Shown piece by piece: positions 9,356 to 20,441 of a DNA stretch of 64,000 bases. A program made the position numbers and the translations under genes. The stretch covers positions 1,824,001 to 1,888,000 of the forward strand of contig OZ239628.1 in NCBI GenBank assembly GCA_965195345.1, read 5' to 3'. Below the pieces are notes generated by a model. That model worked only from the letters and a program-made list of their open reading frames with translations, was not told the origin of the DNA and made no database searches. Each line of letters opens with the position of its first letter. The stretch's first letter is position 1. The stretch is from an uncultured Thiomicrospira sp. GTDB lineage: Bacteria > Pseudomonadota > Gammaproteobacteria > CAKMZV01.

Positions 9356-10633
9356 TTATAACTTTTTCTGCAATAGACAATAATAGAAACCATCAAGCGC
9401 TTGTTCATTAGGAAATACTTGCCAGCCAACTTCTTGTTCTATTCCAAAGGGGAGATTGATAACCATTTGTTGCGCATCGGGATGCCGTTTCAGCCACTGT
9501 TTCAATTGCCATTCATTTTCTTGTTTAAGAACAGAGCATGTCGAATAAACTAAGCGTCCCCCACTTTTCAAAAAAGACCAAGAAACATCAAGCAATTGCT
9601 TCTGCAGAGATGCAAAAGATTGTAAATCGCTTTCCCTGCGTAACCATTTTATATCTGGATTGTGTCGAATAGTCCCTGTCGCTGAACAAGGAGCGTCAAC
9701 AATTATAGCGTCGAATTTTACATCCGATGGCCAAACAATAGTATTTGTTGCATCACCTTCTATCACGTTAACATCTATTGAATAACGCTTGAATTGCTCT
9801 TGCATTGTGCGAGTACGCTCAGTATCTATTTCGATGCTATGCAGTTTGGCAAGTGGCGCTATCTGTTTAATATTAAGGGATTTATTCCCTGGTGCTGAGC
9901 AAACATCCATTATGACTTCGTCGTTCTTCGGTTGTAGTATTTCAACAACCGTTTGCGAGCACAACGACTGAACACTACACACTCCTTCATCCCAACGAGG
10001 TAGGTTCTTTTTCTTAATGGGTGTATTTAGCAACAAACTGTTTTCAAAATACAAAGATTGAACTTCATTTTTTGCAGCTTTTAGCTCTTCTATGTATTCC
10101 AACGCACTTTGTTGCAGTGGATTATTGCGCAAGACCATTGGCGCTTGCACTTGATATGCCTTTTGCATATCGATAGCTAAGTCATTCCATTGAGCGCGTA
10201 ACATATTTTCAAACCACTTCGGTAGTTCGGAAAACTGTTGCTCTTTACGCCGTTGCAACCATGTCTCTTTTTCTCTCAAATAACGTCGTAGTATTCCATT
10301 TACTACTTTTTCAGGCAACTTCATCGACTTTGCCGCCTCAACGGTGGCACTAACAGCAGAATAATCAGGAATACGTAAATAATCTATTTGGAATATGCCC
10401 ACTTCAAGCAATGACGTCAGTAAACCTTTTTTATCAGAACGCGTCATCATTTGGTCAACTTGCCACCCCAAACTTTGATGATAACGCAACACGCCTGAAC
10501 ACAAAGTGCGCAGTAATGCTTTATCACGATCATCTTGAAGCTGTTGTTGCGTAAGTTGTAACTGCTTTTCTAATGATTTCCCAAAATGAAGGACTTTATG
10601 TACAACGATTGCGGCTTCGCTACGTGCACTCAT
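9356..10633 (-). CDS. rsmB: 16S rRNA m5C967 methyltransferase RsmB
   Basis: NusB-like N-domain (VNGILRRY), DVCSAPGNKS, DAPCSATGTIRHNPD, YSTCS, DGFYY; directly downstream of fmt. Start at MSARSEAA. Confidence 0.9.
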   Translation of the reverse strand: MSARSEAAIVVHKVLHFGKSLEKQLQLTQQQLQDDRDKALLRTLCSGVLRYHQSLGWQVDQMMTRSDKKGLLTSLLEVGIFQIDYLRIPDYSAVSATVEAAKSMKLPEKVVNGILRRYLREKETWLQRRKEQQFSELPKWFENMLRAQWNDLAIDMQKAYQVQAPMVLRNNPLQQSALEYIEELKAAKNEVQSLYFENSLLLNTPIKKKNLPRWDEGVCSVQSLCSQTVVEILQPKNDEVIMDVCSAPGNKSLNIKQIAPLAKLHSIEIDTERTRTMQEQFKRYSIDVNVIEGDATNTIVWPSDVKFDAIIVDAPCSATGTIRHNPDIKWLRRESDLQSFASLQKQLLDVSWSFLKSGGRLVYSTCSVLKQENEWQLKQWLKRHPDAQQMVINLPFGIEQEVGWQVFPNEQALDGFYYCLLQKKL

Positions 10634-10634
10634 A

Positions 10635-11549
10635 TCAAGAATCAACGCATGTGGGCAAATCAGGGTTGCCATTTAAAAATTCCGTCACTGTAATCAGTTT
10701 ACGATTAGCAGGTTGTAAGTGTTCTATGGAAAGGGCATCTTTACCGCATCCAATAATCAATTTTTTATTACTTTTTTGTATCTCTCCAATACTGAGTGCC
10801 GCTTGTACTACTTTTGCACCATAAATCTTGTACCGCACACCATTCATCATGCTCCAACAACCAGGCGCAGGGTTGAAAGCTCTAATTTTGCGCTCAAGCA
10901 CAGCAGCAGACTGATTGAAATCTAATTGTGCTTCGCTACTATTAACTTTTTCGGCATAAGTTGTCCCGTGTATTTGTTGTTTGACAGGCGGGTATTTATC
11001 AGGATTAGCAAGCACTTTTAGCAAGCAAGGCGCGCTCATGCAAGCTAATTTGTTATGCAAAGTCGCGGTTGTTTCATTGGCATCAATGGCTACTTTTTCA
11101 AGCAACCGAACCGCTCCTGTATCTAATTTTGAATCCATCTGCATGATTGATACTCCCGTTTGCGTATCGCCTGCTTCAATAGCACGATGTATCGGAGCAG
11201 CTCCTCGCCATCTCGGTAAAATGGAGACGTGAATATTCAAACAGCCTAATTCGAATAATTCCAGCACATTAAGAGGCAATATCTTACCGTAAGAAACAAC
11301 AATCATTGCATCGGCGTTGTAGCTGTCAAGTTGGGATATTAGCGGATCATCGCCCAAATACTGCGGTTGAAAAACAGGTAATCCGTGTTTCAAGGCAATC
11401 TCTTTAACAGGAGAAATTTTAATTTTTCGACCTCTGCCAGCCTGCTTATCTTTTTGCGTGAGTACGGCTACAATTTGATGTTCGCTGTTTAATAAGTCTG
11501 CTAACACAACTCGTGCAAATTCAGGCGATCCAGCAAAAATCAATCGCAT
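10635..11549 (-). CDS. fmt: Methionyl-tRNA formyltransferase
   Basis: MRLIFAGSPEFA, LNIHVSILPRWRGAAPIHRAI, LDTG, IRAFNPAPG. Confidence 0.96.
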   Translation of the reverse strand: MRLIFAGSPEFARVVLADLLNSEHQIVAVLTQKDKQAGRGRKIKISPVKEIALKHGLPVFQPQYLGDDPLISQLDSYNADAMIVVSYGKILPLNVLELFELGCLNIHVSILPRWRGAAPIHRAIEAGDTQTGVSIMQMDSKLDTGAVRLLEKVAIDANETTATLHNKLACMSAPCLLKVLANPDKYPPVKQQIHGTTYAEKVNSSEAQLDFNQSAAVLERKIRAFNPAPGCWSMMNGVRYKIYGAKVVQAALSIGEIQKSNKKLIIGCGKDALSIEHLQPANRKLITVTEFLNGNPDLPTCVDS

Positions 11550-13186
11550 TACGACGGCTGAATTGTGTCTTCTAAATCATGCGGCTGTAAAAATTGCTCA
11601 AACATGCTCAGTACCTCTTGTTTGGTCTCTTCATCAGCCTTATGCGTTAATCCCTCAAAAAGTAATCGATTAATCGTTTGCTTGTTTAGTGAAATTAAAT
11701 CACCGAGCACCCGAGTAAACTCAATACGGTTATCGGGATAAAGATAAAGCATTGCTCGAACAATCACTTTACACAACCGTGGTTTTAACATGACTAATGC
11801 TTCTAATATCTCTTCTGGTTGAAAATGTTCGAGCAACGGCAAACTTTGTTCAATTAACTTTTGTGTTTTTGCTGGAGAAATACCAATACCCCCCGCTAAT
11901 GTCTGTAAAGCACCATCACTAATTTTTGTGACAAGGTAATCATTACGAGGGTCAAGGTTTGCATTAATTGGGCTAATCATCCGTAATGTGATAGCGTAGG
12001 GAATGTTTTCAACGTCTTTGTCTGGTTTGCGCATCACAACAACCCGAAAGAGCATAAAAAGCCCTGCACTTGCCATAACGCACAAAAGAAAGAAAAACAA
12101 GCCCAACGCATTAGTAAATTGCATCACTTGCGAACCAATAATAGGTCCTGCAATCAGTCCACTACTGAATAAAAGCATTAAGGAACTCATAGCTGGGATA
12201 GCTTTATCAGAGTCCATTTGATTGTAAATGAACTTCACACAAACAGGATAAATCGTACTCAACAACCCTCCAAGAACGCCAATAGAAAGCACTATCAATA
12301 ACCAATGTGCCCCAGAGTACGTTAGAATAATCGTTGCTAGTATGCTGATTATTGCTATAATATTAATCAGCAATAGCACTCTGCGCTCATCTATTATGTC
12401 GCTCAAACGACCTATTGGTATTTGAAAGATAATGGAACTGCCCATTGCCAAAGAAACCATTATGGCAATCTGATTGCTTTCCAATTCCAACCATAATGCA
12501 AATAAAGACAATAGCGATGCCAGCGCCCCGAAAGCAATTCCGCCCAATACTGTCATAACTGCTCCACTTGGAGTATCACGAAGCATTTCAATGAGTGGTA
12601 AGTTTTTCTGATTATCGCCGATTTGAGGAGATGCAAAACGCGTCAATAAAACTGGGATCATTGATATGCTAAACATCATGGCAATGAGACCTATGGAACG
12701 TAAATCATAGGAATGAAACCAGGTTGCCACAAAAGGTGCCAACAAAATACCCGCACCAAAAAACAACTGATACATGGCATAAATCATACCTCTTGAATGA
12801 TGTTCACTGGTTGCACTTAACCAACTTTCCAATGTCAAGTACATCCCTGCCATGGATAGACCGATTATCAAACGCAATATGAAGAAAATAATTTCATTAT
12901 GGAAAAAAATATGCGCGGTAACGACAATAACAATAACCGATGTGGCAAATGCATAACTACGTATATGCCCAACTCGAGATATAACATAGTGTCCGTAATA
13001 ACTGCCAATTAAAATCCCCATCGAATAACCCGACATTACCCAACCAATAACTGAGGTAGATGTCCCCCCAGAATCCATGTATATCGGCATCAGAAGAAAC
13101 ATCGCGTTATTGCCAATGGAAGCAAATAGTATAGCAATCAAAATTGCATTGATACGATAGCTTATTTGAAATAGTTGAGTAAACAT
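11549..13186 (-). CDS. MFS transporter (YcaD-like) with ~130-aa soluble C-terminal extension
   Basis: About 12 hydrophobic segments; VGHIRSYA, LESWL, QIPIGRLSD and LDPR motifs. Its stop codon overlaps the fmt start. Confidence 0.85.
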   Translation of the reverse strand: MFTQLFQISYRINAILIAILFASIGNNAMFLLMPIYMDSGGTSTSVIGWVMSGYSMGILIGSYYGHYVISRVGHIRSYAFATSVIVIVVTAHIFFHNEIIFFILRLIIGLSMAGMYLTLESWLSATSEHHSRGMIYAMYQLFFGAGILLAPFVATWFHSYDLRSIGLIAMMFSISMIPVLLTRFASPQIGDNQKNLPLIEMLRDTPSGAVMTVLGGIAFGALASLLSLFALWLELESNQIAIMVSLAMGSSIIFQIPIGRLSDIIDERRVLLLINIIAIISILATIILTYSGAHWLLIVLSIGVLGGLLSTIYPVCVKFIYNQMDSDKAIPAMSSLMLLFSSGLIAGPIIGSQVMQFTNALGLFFFLLCVMASAGLFMLFRVVVMRKPDKDVENIPYAITLRMISPINANLDPRNDYLVTKISDGALQTLAGGIGISPAKTQKLIEQSLPLLEHFQPEEILEALVMLKPRLCKVIVRAMLYLYPDNRIEFTRVLGDLISLNKQTINRLLFEGLTHKADEETKQEVLSMFEQFLQPHDLEDTIQPS

Positions 13187-13296
13187 TTTCCTTAGTGTTG
13201 AATTTTATTAATCTAAATTGAAATCACTGGTTTTAGATTGATTTTCTCCGAAAACTGGATTGGCATTATGAGACGTAATTTGCGCCCAAAAATGGT

Positions 13297-13872
13297 TCAC
13301 ATTCTGTTGAAAGTATCTTTGATATGCTTAGCAACGTAGTGTGCAAATGATGGTCTTACTAGTAAATGAACACTACCATCTTCATTGGGCGGTCTAAAAA
13401 TAATTACTGGCGATTGCATCAACATAGTCGCAACGACTTTACCAGCAGGCAGTGCCGATCGAATATCATAGTTTATTAAATGCGACAACAATGTTTCACT
13501 CTTCAATCCACTCAATTGCAAGCATGTATATCCCCCTGAATTATCAACGACTACCATTGAGTCTTCGAACTTATCTGTTTGCTCAAGAATCGCTTGTTGA
13601 TCTCCGTTCTTTAAAACAAGTAAAAATTCATCTGGACTCATCCACAAACATAATTTTTCACCACCGGTGGTAATTTGCAACGGTTCTCCAAGATTGAACC
13701 CGAGATATTGGTGAACAATAATTTTGGCACGTTCTAAATCTTTTATACGCAAAACAAGGTAAGCATTATCAGCACATTCAATACAGTTGACTTCATCGCT
13801 CTTTATCAAAAAGCCATTTTCATCAACCATTGATTCTAATATTGAAGAAAACACTGGAGTAAAATTAATCAT
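13297..13872 (-). CDS. soxG: Heterotetrameric sarcosine oxidase-family gamma subunit
   Basis: LWMSPDEFLL, VVDNSGG, LLVRPSFAHY; overlaps the soxA stop. Confidence 0.85.
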   Translation of the reverse strand: MINFTPVFSSILESMVDENGFLIKSDEVNCIECADNAYLVLRIKDLERAKIIVHQYLGFNLGEPLQITTGGEKLCLWMSPDEFLLVLKNGDQQAILEQTDKFEDSMVVVDNSGGYTCLQLSGLKSETLLSHLINYDIRSALPAGKVVATMLMQSPVIIFRPPNEDGSVHLLVRPSFAHYVAKHIKDTFNRM

Positions 13873-16858
13873 TACCGTCACTCCTTTTCCCTTCGGGATC
13901 GTAGAAAACTGAATCACCTATCGTGCATGGGATTTTTTGCATCTCTTGACCTAATTTAACCAAACCCACTTGAACCTTCTCCCCCTTCCGACTTAACCCC
14001 TCACGAATAATAGCCATCGCAATAGAGCGATTTAAATTTGGGCTAAAGTAGCTTGAAGTAACGTGCCCATGCGATAACCCATCCTCTGCAACTACGTGCG
14101 AACCTTCGGGTAAAACGAATTGAGGATCCTCCGTGTACAAACCCACTAATTGCTTACGATTGCCATTCGCTAATGAGGGAAGCGTGAATGAACGCTTACC
14201 TATGTAGGAGAAAGTTTTATTTTTTGAAAGTAACCATTCAAGATTGGCATCGTGTGGCGTAACGGAACCATCAGTATCCTGACCAATAATAACGTAGCCT
14301 TTTTCAGCACGAAGCACATGTAAGGTTTCCGTGCCGTAGGGGGTAATATTCCACTGTTTCCCGTGTTCTTCTATTTGTTGCCAAAGATACGCGCCGTAGT
14401 TCGATCTAACGTTGATTTCATAAGCAAGCTCCCCAGAGAAACTAATACGCATTACACGCGCTTCAACGCCACAAACCGTCCCTTGACGCCAATCCATAAA
14501 TTTAAAGGCATCTTTATCAAAATTAATATCGGAATTGAGCAGCCGCATCAATTTTCTTGCATTAGGTCCAACAACAGCTATTGTAGAAAAATGATCGGTA
14601 ACGCTTGTTAATTTGACATCAAGATCGCTCCATTCAGTTTGCAACCACATCTCCAGTGTGGAATAGACGCTGGCTGCACCACCTGTGGTGGTGGTCATCA
14701 AAAAATGATCATCTGCCAAGCATGCGCTAACGCCATCATCAATAACCATGCCTTTTTCGTTGCACATAATTCCATAACGGCATTTGCCAACCGCCAACTT
14801 ACTCCAATTGTTGGTGTAAACGCGATCTAAAAACTCCCGTGAATCTTTGCCCTGTATGTCAATCTTCCCAAGCGTTGAGGCATCCATCATCGCTAATGAC
14901 TCTCTGGCTGCGGTGCATTCACGTTGTACTGCTTGGTACATATCTTCACCGGGTTCAGGAAAGTACCAAGGACGATACCATTGCCCTACCATTTCAAACA
15001 TTGCACCTTTTTTAACATGCTCGCCTTGTATGGTAGTAAAGCGTTGAGGCTGCAATAAATCACCTATTGAACGTCCTGCCAACGCTCCGAATTCAACAGC
15101 ATTATAGGCAGGACGATAAGTGGTTGTTCCTATGTCTTGCATAGGAATATTCAACAAAGAAGACGCAACTGCTATCCCATTTATATTACCGGTTTTTCCT
15201 TGATCTGTTCCAAATCCCATTGCAGTGTAACGTTTAATATGCTCAATGGATTCATACCCTTCGGTTATCGATACTTTGATATCTTTAGTGGTAACGTCAT
15301 TCTGCATATCGAGAAATACGCGCGCGCGCTTAATGATTTCCAACGGAGTGAAAAATGAACTGGTGTTAACGTGTTTGCCATTTTGCACTTCTGCACTCTG
15401 CACTGTCTCCCCTAATTCACTCATGATCTGGGATGATTTATGCTGCGCATCGACAATAATTTCCTGCCAGCAACTCAATCCACACATGCTGCCACTTACT
15501 GCTCTATTTAATCGTTCTTTTGTTGGCATAAATGAACGATATTTTTCATCATAAAATGGTTTATTACCCGTATGACAGTCTAAATGTACAATGGGATTAA
15601 AACCTCCCGAACTTGTTAACAAGTCGCAAGGCAACGTTTTCGTATCTGTTCCAATTTCCCAAGAACCATTCCGTTCAACACATGGGCTAACCAGTACCGA
15701 CTCAACACGCTCTTTGCCATTTGCTTTCAAAATACAATGCCCTTGAAGGATTTCTACGCCCAGATGTTTAACCCGTTCAGTAACATCGGAATCAATACGA
15801 CTTCGCACATCAATTAACTGTACTTTAATACCGCGTTTTGCTAAGTCATGAGCAACGGTATAAATGCTGTCGTTGTTTCCATAAACTACCGTATTCTTAC
15901 CTGCAATACAATTGTACTCATTCGCAAATCTTCGCGTTGATTGAGCCAATTGAATATTAATCAGATCGTTGTTTTCAAACAACATTCCCCGCTCATGAGC
16001 TCCACAGGCGAGAATAACTTTTTTCGCACGAATTTTATGTAATATTTGGCGTGCTTTGCTGTTTGTCCGCTGATTAGGTGCACAAAAGACATCGATTTTT
16101 TCCAAAGCTAAAAGATAGTTGTGATCATGCCAAGCAAAAACACAACTATTTTGTAATACATTAACGCGCCCTTGTGTATTAAGCAATCGCTTTTCACAGG
16201 CATTATGCCACTGCCGTGCTTGATCATCAAACAACGTATCACTGAGCATTTCACCGCCTAAACGAGAACGCTCATCAACTAACATCACACTAAGATTAGG
16301 TGCTTTTTCTAAAATATTATCAACGACAGTCATCCCCGCGCACCCCCCTCCAACAACCAATACATCGCAATGATGAAATTGGTGCTCGTACACTTCGGCA
16401 TCAGGACTATCTGGTGCTTCTGAGAAGCCTGACAATGCGCGTAATCCGTCCTCAACCTTTGCCCAAACTGATTGTTTTATAAAGGTTTTATAATAAAATC
16501 CAGCAGCCATAAAACGATGTAATGGCTTGATTAGCGCACGCAAGTCGATTTTTTGCACATCAGTAGCTGATTTCGCAACCAGTCCATCGTACAGCTTTAT
16601 TTCTGTGGCTTTTTGATTTGGCGAATAATACCCCCCACTTTCAAGCGAAACCAATGCATTCGGTTCTTCAACGCCCGCTGCCATAATGCCACGTTTTCTG
16701 CCGTACTTAAAACTTCTTGCAAGAAATTGTTTATCGTTAGCAATTAAAGCGGAAGCAAGCGAGTCTCCATCGTCACCTTGCAAAACCTCTCCGTTAAAGC
16801 AAAAGCTGACTTTCTTTTCTGCTTTTACTTGGCTATGGATGTGATGATTGATGCGCAT
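13865..16858 (-). CDS. soxA: Heterotetrameric sarcosine oxidase-family alpha subunit
   Basis: GDSLASAL...RSFKY, EEPNALV, KRYTAMGFGTDQGK, GcvT-like DASTLGKIDIQG, RISFSGELAYE, LRAEKG. Confidence 0.95.
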   Translation of the reverse strand: MRINHHIHSQVKAEKKVSFCFNGEVLQGDDGDSLASALIANDKQFLARSFKYGRKRGIMAAGVEEPNALVSLESGGYYSPNQKATEIKLYDGLVAKSATDVQKIDLRALIKPLHRFMAAGFYYKTFIKQSVWAKVEDGLRALSGFSEAPDSPDAEVYEHQFHHCDVLVVGGGCAGMTVVDNILEKAPNLSVMLVDERSRLGGEMLSDTLFDDQARQWHNACEKRLLNTQGRVNVLQNSCVFAWHDHNYLLALEKIDVFCAPNQRTNSKARQILHKIRAKKVILACGAHERGMLFENNDLINIQLAQSTRRFANEYNCIAGKNTVVYGNNDSIYTVAHDLAKRGIKVQLIDVRSRIDSDVTERVKHLGVEILQGHCILKANGKERVESVLVSPCVERNGSWEIGTDTKTLPCDLLTSSGGFNPIVHLDCHTGNKPFYDEKYRSFMPTKERLNRAVSGSMCGLSCWQEIIVDAQHKSSQIMSELGETVQSAEVQNGKHVNTSSFFTPLEIIKRARVFLDMQNDVTTKDIKVSITEGYESIEHIKRYTAMGFGTDQGKTGNINGIAVASSLLNIPMQDIGTTTYRPAYNAVEFGALAGRSIGDLLQPQRFTTIQGEHVKKGAMFEMVGQWYRPWYFPEPGEDMYQAVQRECTAARESLAMMDASTLGKIDIQGKDSREFLDRVYTNNWSKLAVGKCRYGIMCNEKGMVIDDGVSACLADDHFLMTTTTGGAASVYSTLEMWLQTEWSDLDVKLTSVTDHFSTIAVVGPNARKLMRLLNSDINFDKDAFKFMDWRQGTVCGVEARVMRISFSGELAYEINVRSNYGAYLWQQIEEHGKQWNITPYGTETLHVLRAEKGYVIIGQDTDGSVTPHDANLEWLLSKNKTFSYIGKRSFTLPSLANGNRKQLVGLYTEDPQFVLPEGSHVVAEDGLSHGHVTSSYFSPNLNRSIAMAIIREGLSRKGEKVQVGLVKLGQEMQKIPCTIGDSVFYDPEGKRSDGND

Positions 16859-16861
16859 AAT

Positions 16862-17140
16862 TTAAATGCCTTTTTTCTCTTTTAGGATGGCGGAAACCTC
16901 CGAAATACTGTGGTCAATGGTTGAGCGCCTAACAAGAAAGTATTTCCGACATCCCGCTGTATGCACCCATTGTTCCCACTGCTCTCCTTTATGGTTAGAA
17001 CGATAAAAAACGTAATCTGCCCATTGCTCATCGCTCAATGATTCGGGATCGATTGGACGCCCAATAAAAGCTTCCCCAGCAGGAGTAAAATCCCCCTCTT
17101 CTCTGTGCTCTTTACAGTATGGACAATATATTTCAAACAT
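16862..17140 (-). CDS. soxD: Heterotetrameric sarcosine oxidase-family delta subunit
   Basis: CPYC...WVHTAGC zinc motif; 92 aa; lies between beta and alpha. Confidence 0.95.
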   Translation of the reverse strand: MFEIYCPYCKEHREEGDFTPAGEAFIGRPIDPESLSDEQWADYVFYRSNHKGEQWEQWVHTAGCRKYFLVRRSTIDHSISEVSAILKEKKGI

Positions 17141-17152
17141 AACTTCCCTCTC

Positions 17153-18400
17153 CTAATGAGCCACACCTGCGGCACCATGTTCGTCGATAAGTGCGCCTGT
17201 GGTAAAGCGACTGATATGGAATGGTTCAGCTAATGGATGGCATTTATCTTGAGCGATGGTGTGCGCAAATACATTGCCTGAACCTGGAGTTGCCTTAAAT
17301 CCACCCGTTCCCCAACCACAATTAAAGTAAAGACCACCTACTGGCATTGGGCTTACGATTGGACAGGCGTCTGGACATACATCAACGATTCCTCCCCATT
17401 GACGATTCATTCTTACTCGTGAAAAAATAGGAAATAGCTCAATAATTGCCGCAGCACAGTGTTCAATAACATGCGATCCACCGCGTTGCGCATAAGAGTT
17501 GTATCCGTCAACACCTGCTCCAATAACCAGATCGCCTTTATCGCTTTGACTGATATATCCATGTACTGCATTTGACATGACGACTGTATTTAATACTGGC
17601 TTCATTGCTTCGGATACATACGCTTGCAATGGATGACTTTCCACAGGCAAACGCAAGCCTGCCATTTTGGCAATTACCGATGAGTTACCAGCACTAACAG
17701 AACCAATGCGGTCAGCGAGTATTTCACCTTTTGTTGTTTGCACCCCGCGCACTCGCCCATTCTCAATTTCAATGCCCATGACTTCACAATTTTGAATAAT
17801 ATCCACACCAAGACGAGCCGCTGCACGCGCAAATCCCCAAGCAACACCATCGTGCCTAGCCACCCCTGCGCGCGGTTGCCAAGACGCACCTAATATTGGA
17901 AAGCGCACATCTTTGCCTATATTGATAATAGGAATGCGATCTTTCACTTCCTGTGCATTGAGAGCCACAGCATCAACACCATTGATTAAATTTGCATTGA
18001 CTCGACGTTCAATATCTCGCATATCTTGTAAGTTGTGCCCGAGGTTAAATACCCCGCGTTGTGAGAACATAACGTTGAAATTCAAATCCTCACTTAACCC
18101 TTCCCAGAGCTTTAATGCATGTTCATAGATGCCAGCTGATTCATCCCATAAATAATTTGAGCGGATAATGGTGGTATTACGGCCAGTATTTCCGCCGCCA
18201 ATGTAACCTTTTTCTAAAACAGCCACATTCGTGATTCCACATTCTTTAGCAAGATAATAAGCGGTTGCTAAACCGTGTCCTCCGCCACCGATGATAATAA
18301 CATCGTATTTAGACTTTGGTTTTGACGCAGGAATTGCTCTAGCCCAATCTTGACCATTAAATCCTGCCTTTAATAATGATAGCCATGAATAATTTGACAT
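17153..18400 (-). CDS. soxB: Heterotetrameric sarcosine oxidase-family beta subunit
   Basis: [55 protein letters not shown]. Confidence 0.96.
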   Translation of the reverse strand: MSNYSWLSLLKAGFNGQDWARAIPASKPKSKYDVIIIGGGGHGLATAYYLAKECGITNVAVLEKGYIGGGNTGRNTTIIRSNYLWDESAGIYEHALKLWEGLSEDLNFNVMFSQRGVFNLGHNLQDMRDIERRVNANLINGVDAVALNAQEVKDRIPIINIGKDVRFPILGASWQPRAGVARHDGVAWGFARAAARLGVDIIQNCEVMGIEIENGRVRGVQTTKGEILADRIGSVSAGNSSVIAKMAGLRLPVESHPLQAYVSEAMKPVLNTVVMSNAVHGYISQSDKGDLVIGAGVDGYNSYAQRGGSHVIEHCAAAIIELFPIFSRVRMNRQWGGIVDVCPDACPIVSPMPVGGLYFNCGWGTGGFKATPGSGNVFAHTIAQDKCHPLAEPFHISRFTTGALIDEHGAAGVAH

Positions 18401-18815
18401 AAAACCGTTCAACTATAGCACCTTGATTTCAAAAGTAAATGCACATCTGTAAAAGTCCGCATTCTACCTTTTAAATAGGTACTTACGAACAATATTCTTT
18501 ACGTAAACTAAACAATATTTTTCTATACAACTGCCCTATTCCATCAAATTATCAAATACCTAACTGAACAATCCTTTATTTCTGCGTGTTCAGGGCAATA
18601 TTCAGCGCAATATTTGATTGAATCAAGTCTTTTCAAGTGAGCAAACTCTTCCCACCATCAAATAAAATAAGAGGCATACCTTATGCTATAAATGTCTAAT
18701 AAATACAAGAATAGAACCACCTATAATCATCCCTATTAAAATCCATTCATAAATCCACTCAATGCGGTTCAATCAACATCCAGTAACTAAAAACTATTAA
18801 AAAAGAGAATTTCAG

Positions 18816-20441
18816 ATGAATCACGAGACCAAAGAACAACATAACCCATTTAGTACTCCATTAGCTAGAGCGTTAGAAAAAGACGTTTCGCGCTTAAATG
18901 GAAAAACGCTGATTGATCTTGAAGATGATGCGCTTTCATTGCGTCTAGAAGTAGGTGATATCTATGCTGATTACAGCAATCACATAATTGACGATGCAAC
19001 TTTTAATCGACTGATAGGTTTGTGCAATCAGCAGGGTTTACGCTCTGCTATCGATAATTTATTTGCAGGTGACAACGTTAATTTCACTGAAGAACGAGCT
19101 GCTTTGCATGGTGCTTTGCGAGGAAGTGCAACGCATGCTGCACTCGAATCTGAAGTGCAAAATACATTAAAACGGTGTTATCGTTTGAGTAGCGACATCC
19201 GCAATAATATTTGGCGAGGCGCTGGAGGAGACGCTATTACCGACATAGTGCACATTGGCATTGGTGGTTCAGAATTGGGTCCAAAGTTCATTATTGAAGC
19301 GCTACAAGATTTTGCTGGAAGAACAAGTGAAGAATCAAAAAATACCCCTTTGCGGATACATTTTGTATCAAACGTTGATGGTTACGAATTGAATAATGTA
19401 CTGCAAAAAATTAATCCTCAATCCAGTCTTTTTATTATTGCGTCCAAATCTTTCAACACACAAGAAACACTGTTGAATGCTAAAGCTGCCAAAGCGTGGT
19501 TGTTATCTGCTTACGAGAATAATAATGCGGTCATTGCCAATCATTTCATTGCCATCAGTGCCAATATTGAAAAAGCCCACCTTTTTGGCATCCCTGAGGA
19601 TAATGTTTTCCCGATGTGGGATTGGGTTGGAGGGCGCTATTCAATATGGTCTGCTGTTGGACTTCCAGCAATCATTGCACTTGGTAAGAATCATTTCGAT
19701 AGCTTTTTACAAGGCGGGAAGCTCATGGACACGCATTTCCAATGCGCTGATTTTTCTAAAAACCTGCCGATTATTTTAGCGGTACTGGGTATTTGGTACA
19801 TCAATTTCAAAGGTTCTCAAACGCACGCATTTATTCCTTATAACCAGCCTCTGAACAAGCTCAGTTTCTATCTACAGCAATTAGAAATGGAATCCAACGG
19901 AAAATCAGTAAATAAATGGAACGAACCGATTGAGTATTCAACTGTTCCTGTTATTTGGGGCGGTACTGGCATTAACGGACAGCATGCTTATTACCAAATG
20001 TTATATCAAGGAACGAATTTAGTGCCTATTGACTTTATATTGGCGGGGCAAACCTCCTATACAGAAACATTACAACACAGTACTTTGATAGCAAATTACT
20101 TGGCGCATTCAGATGTATTGGCGCATGGATTCGATAAAGAAAATAACAATCCTCATAAGCGGGTTCTGGGCAATAGACCCTTTACAACCATTTTGCTTAA
20201 AAAACTAAATCCCGCCGCATTAGGTCAACTGATTGCCTTGTATGAACATAAGGTTTTTGTACAGAGCATTATATGGAACATCAATGCTTTTGACCAGTGG
20301 GGCGTTGAAGGTGGTAAGAAAGGCGCAAAGCATTGGGAAGAGTTCTTTTCAGAAAACAACTCTGAAAAACCAGCTATCAGTGAAAGCGCAAACTTATTGC
20401 TTGCACAAATCAGAAAGAATTCTGACCTGGGATCCAACTAG
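18816..20441 (+). CDS. pgi: Glucose-6-phosphate isomerase
   Basis: GIGGSELGP, ASKSFNTQET, DWVGGRYS, QQLEMESNGK, NGQH, FDQWGVEGGK. Confidence 0.95.
   Translation: MNHETKEQHNPFSTPLARALEKDVSRLNGKTLIDLEDDALSLRLEVGDIYADYSNHIIDDATFNRLIGLCNQQGLRSAIDNLFAGDNVNFTEERAALHGALRGSATHAALESEVQNTLKRCYRLSSDIRNNIWRGAGGDAITDIVHIGIGGSELGPKFIIEALQDFAGRTSEESKNTPLRIHFVSNVDGYELNNVLQKINPQSSLFIIASKSFNTQETLLNAKAAKAWLLSAYENNNAVIANHFIAISANIEKAHLFGIPEDNVFPMWDWVGGRYSIWSAVGLPAIIALGKNHFDSFLQGGKLMDTHFQCADFSKNLPIILAVLGIWYINFKGSQTHAFIPYNQPLNKLSFYLQQLEMESNGKSVNKWNEPIEYSTVPVIWGGTGINGQHAYYQMLYQGTNLVPIDFILAGQTSYTETLQHSTLIANYLAHSDVLAHGFDKENNNPHKRVLGNRPFTTILLKKLNPAALGQLIALYEHKVFVQSIIWNINAFDQWGVEGGKKGAKHWEEFFSENNSEKPAISESANLLLAQIRKNSDLGSN

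Noticed and set aside
18413-18815. Possible glycine or THF riboswitch upstream of soxB
   Set aside because: No GGAGA/CTCTCAGG-type cores or GC-rich stems seen; the region is AT-rich and promoter-like.
19960-20330. Pgi deviations (QMLYQG for QLIHQG; GVEGGK for GVELGK) as possible inactivation
   Set aside because: The catalytic Glu (MESNGK), His (NGQH) and Lys positions are retained and the ORF is full length.
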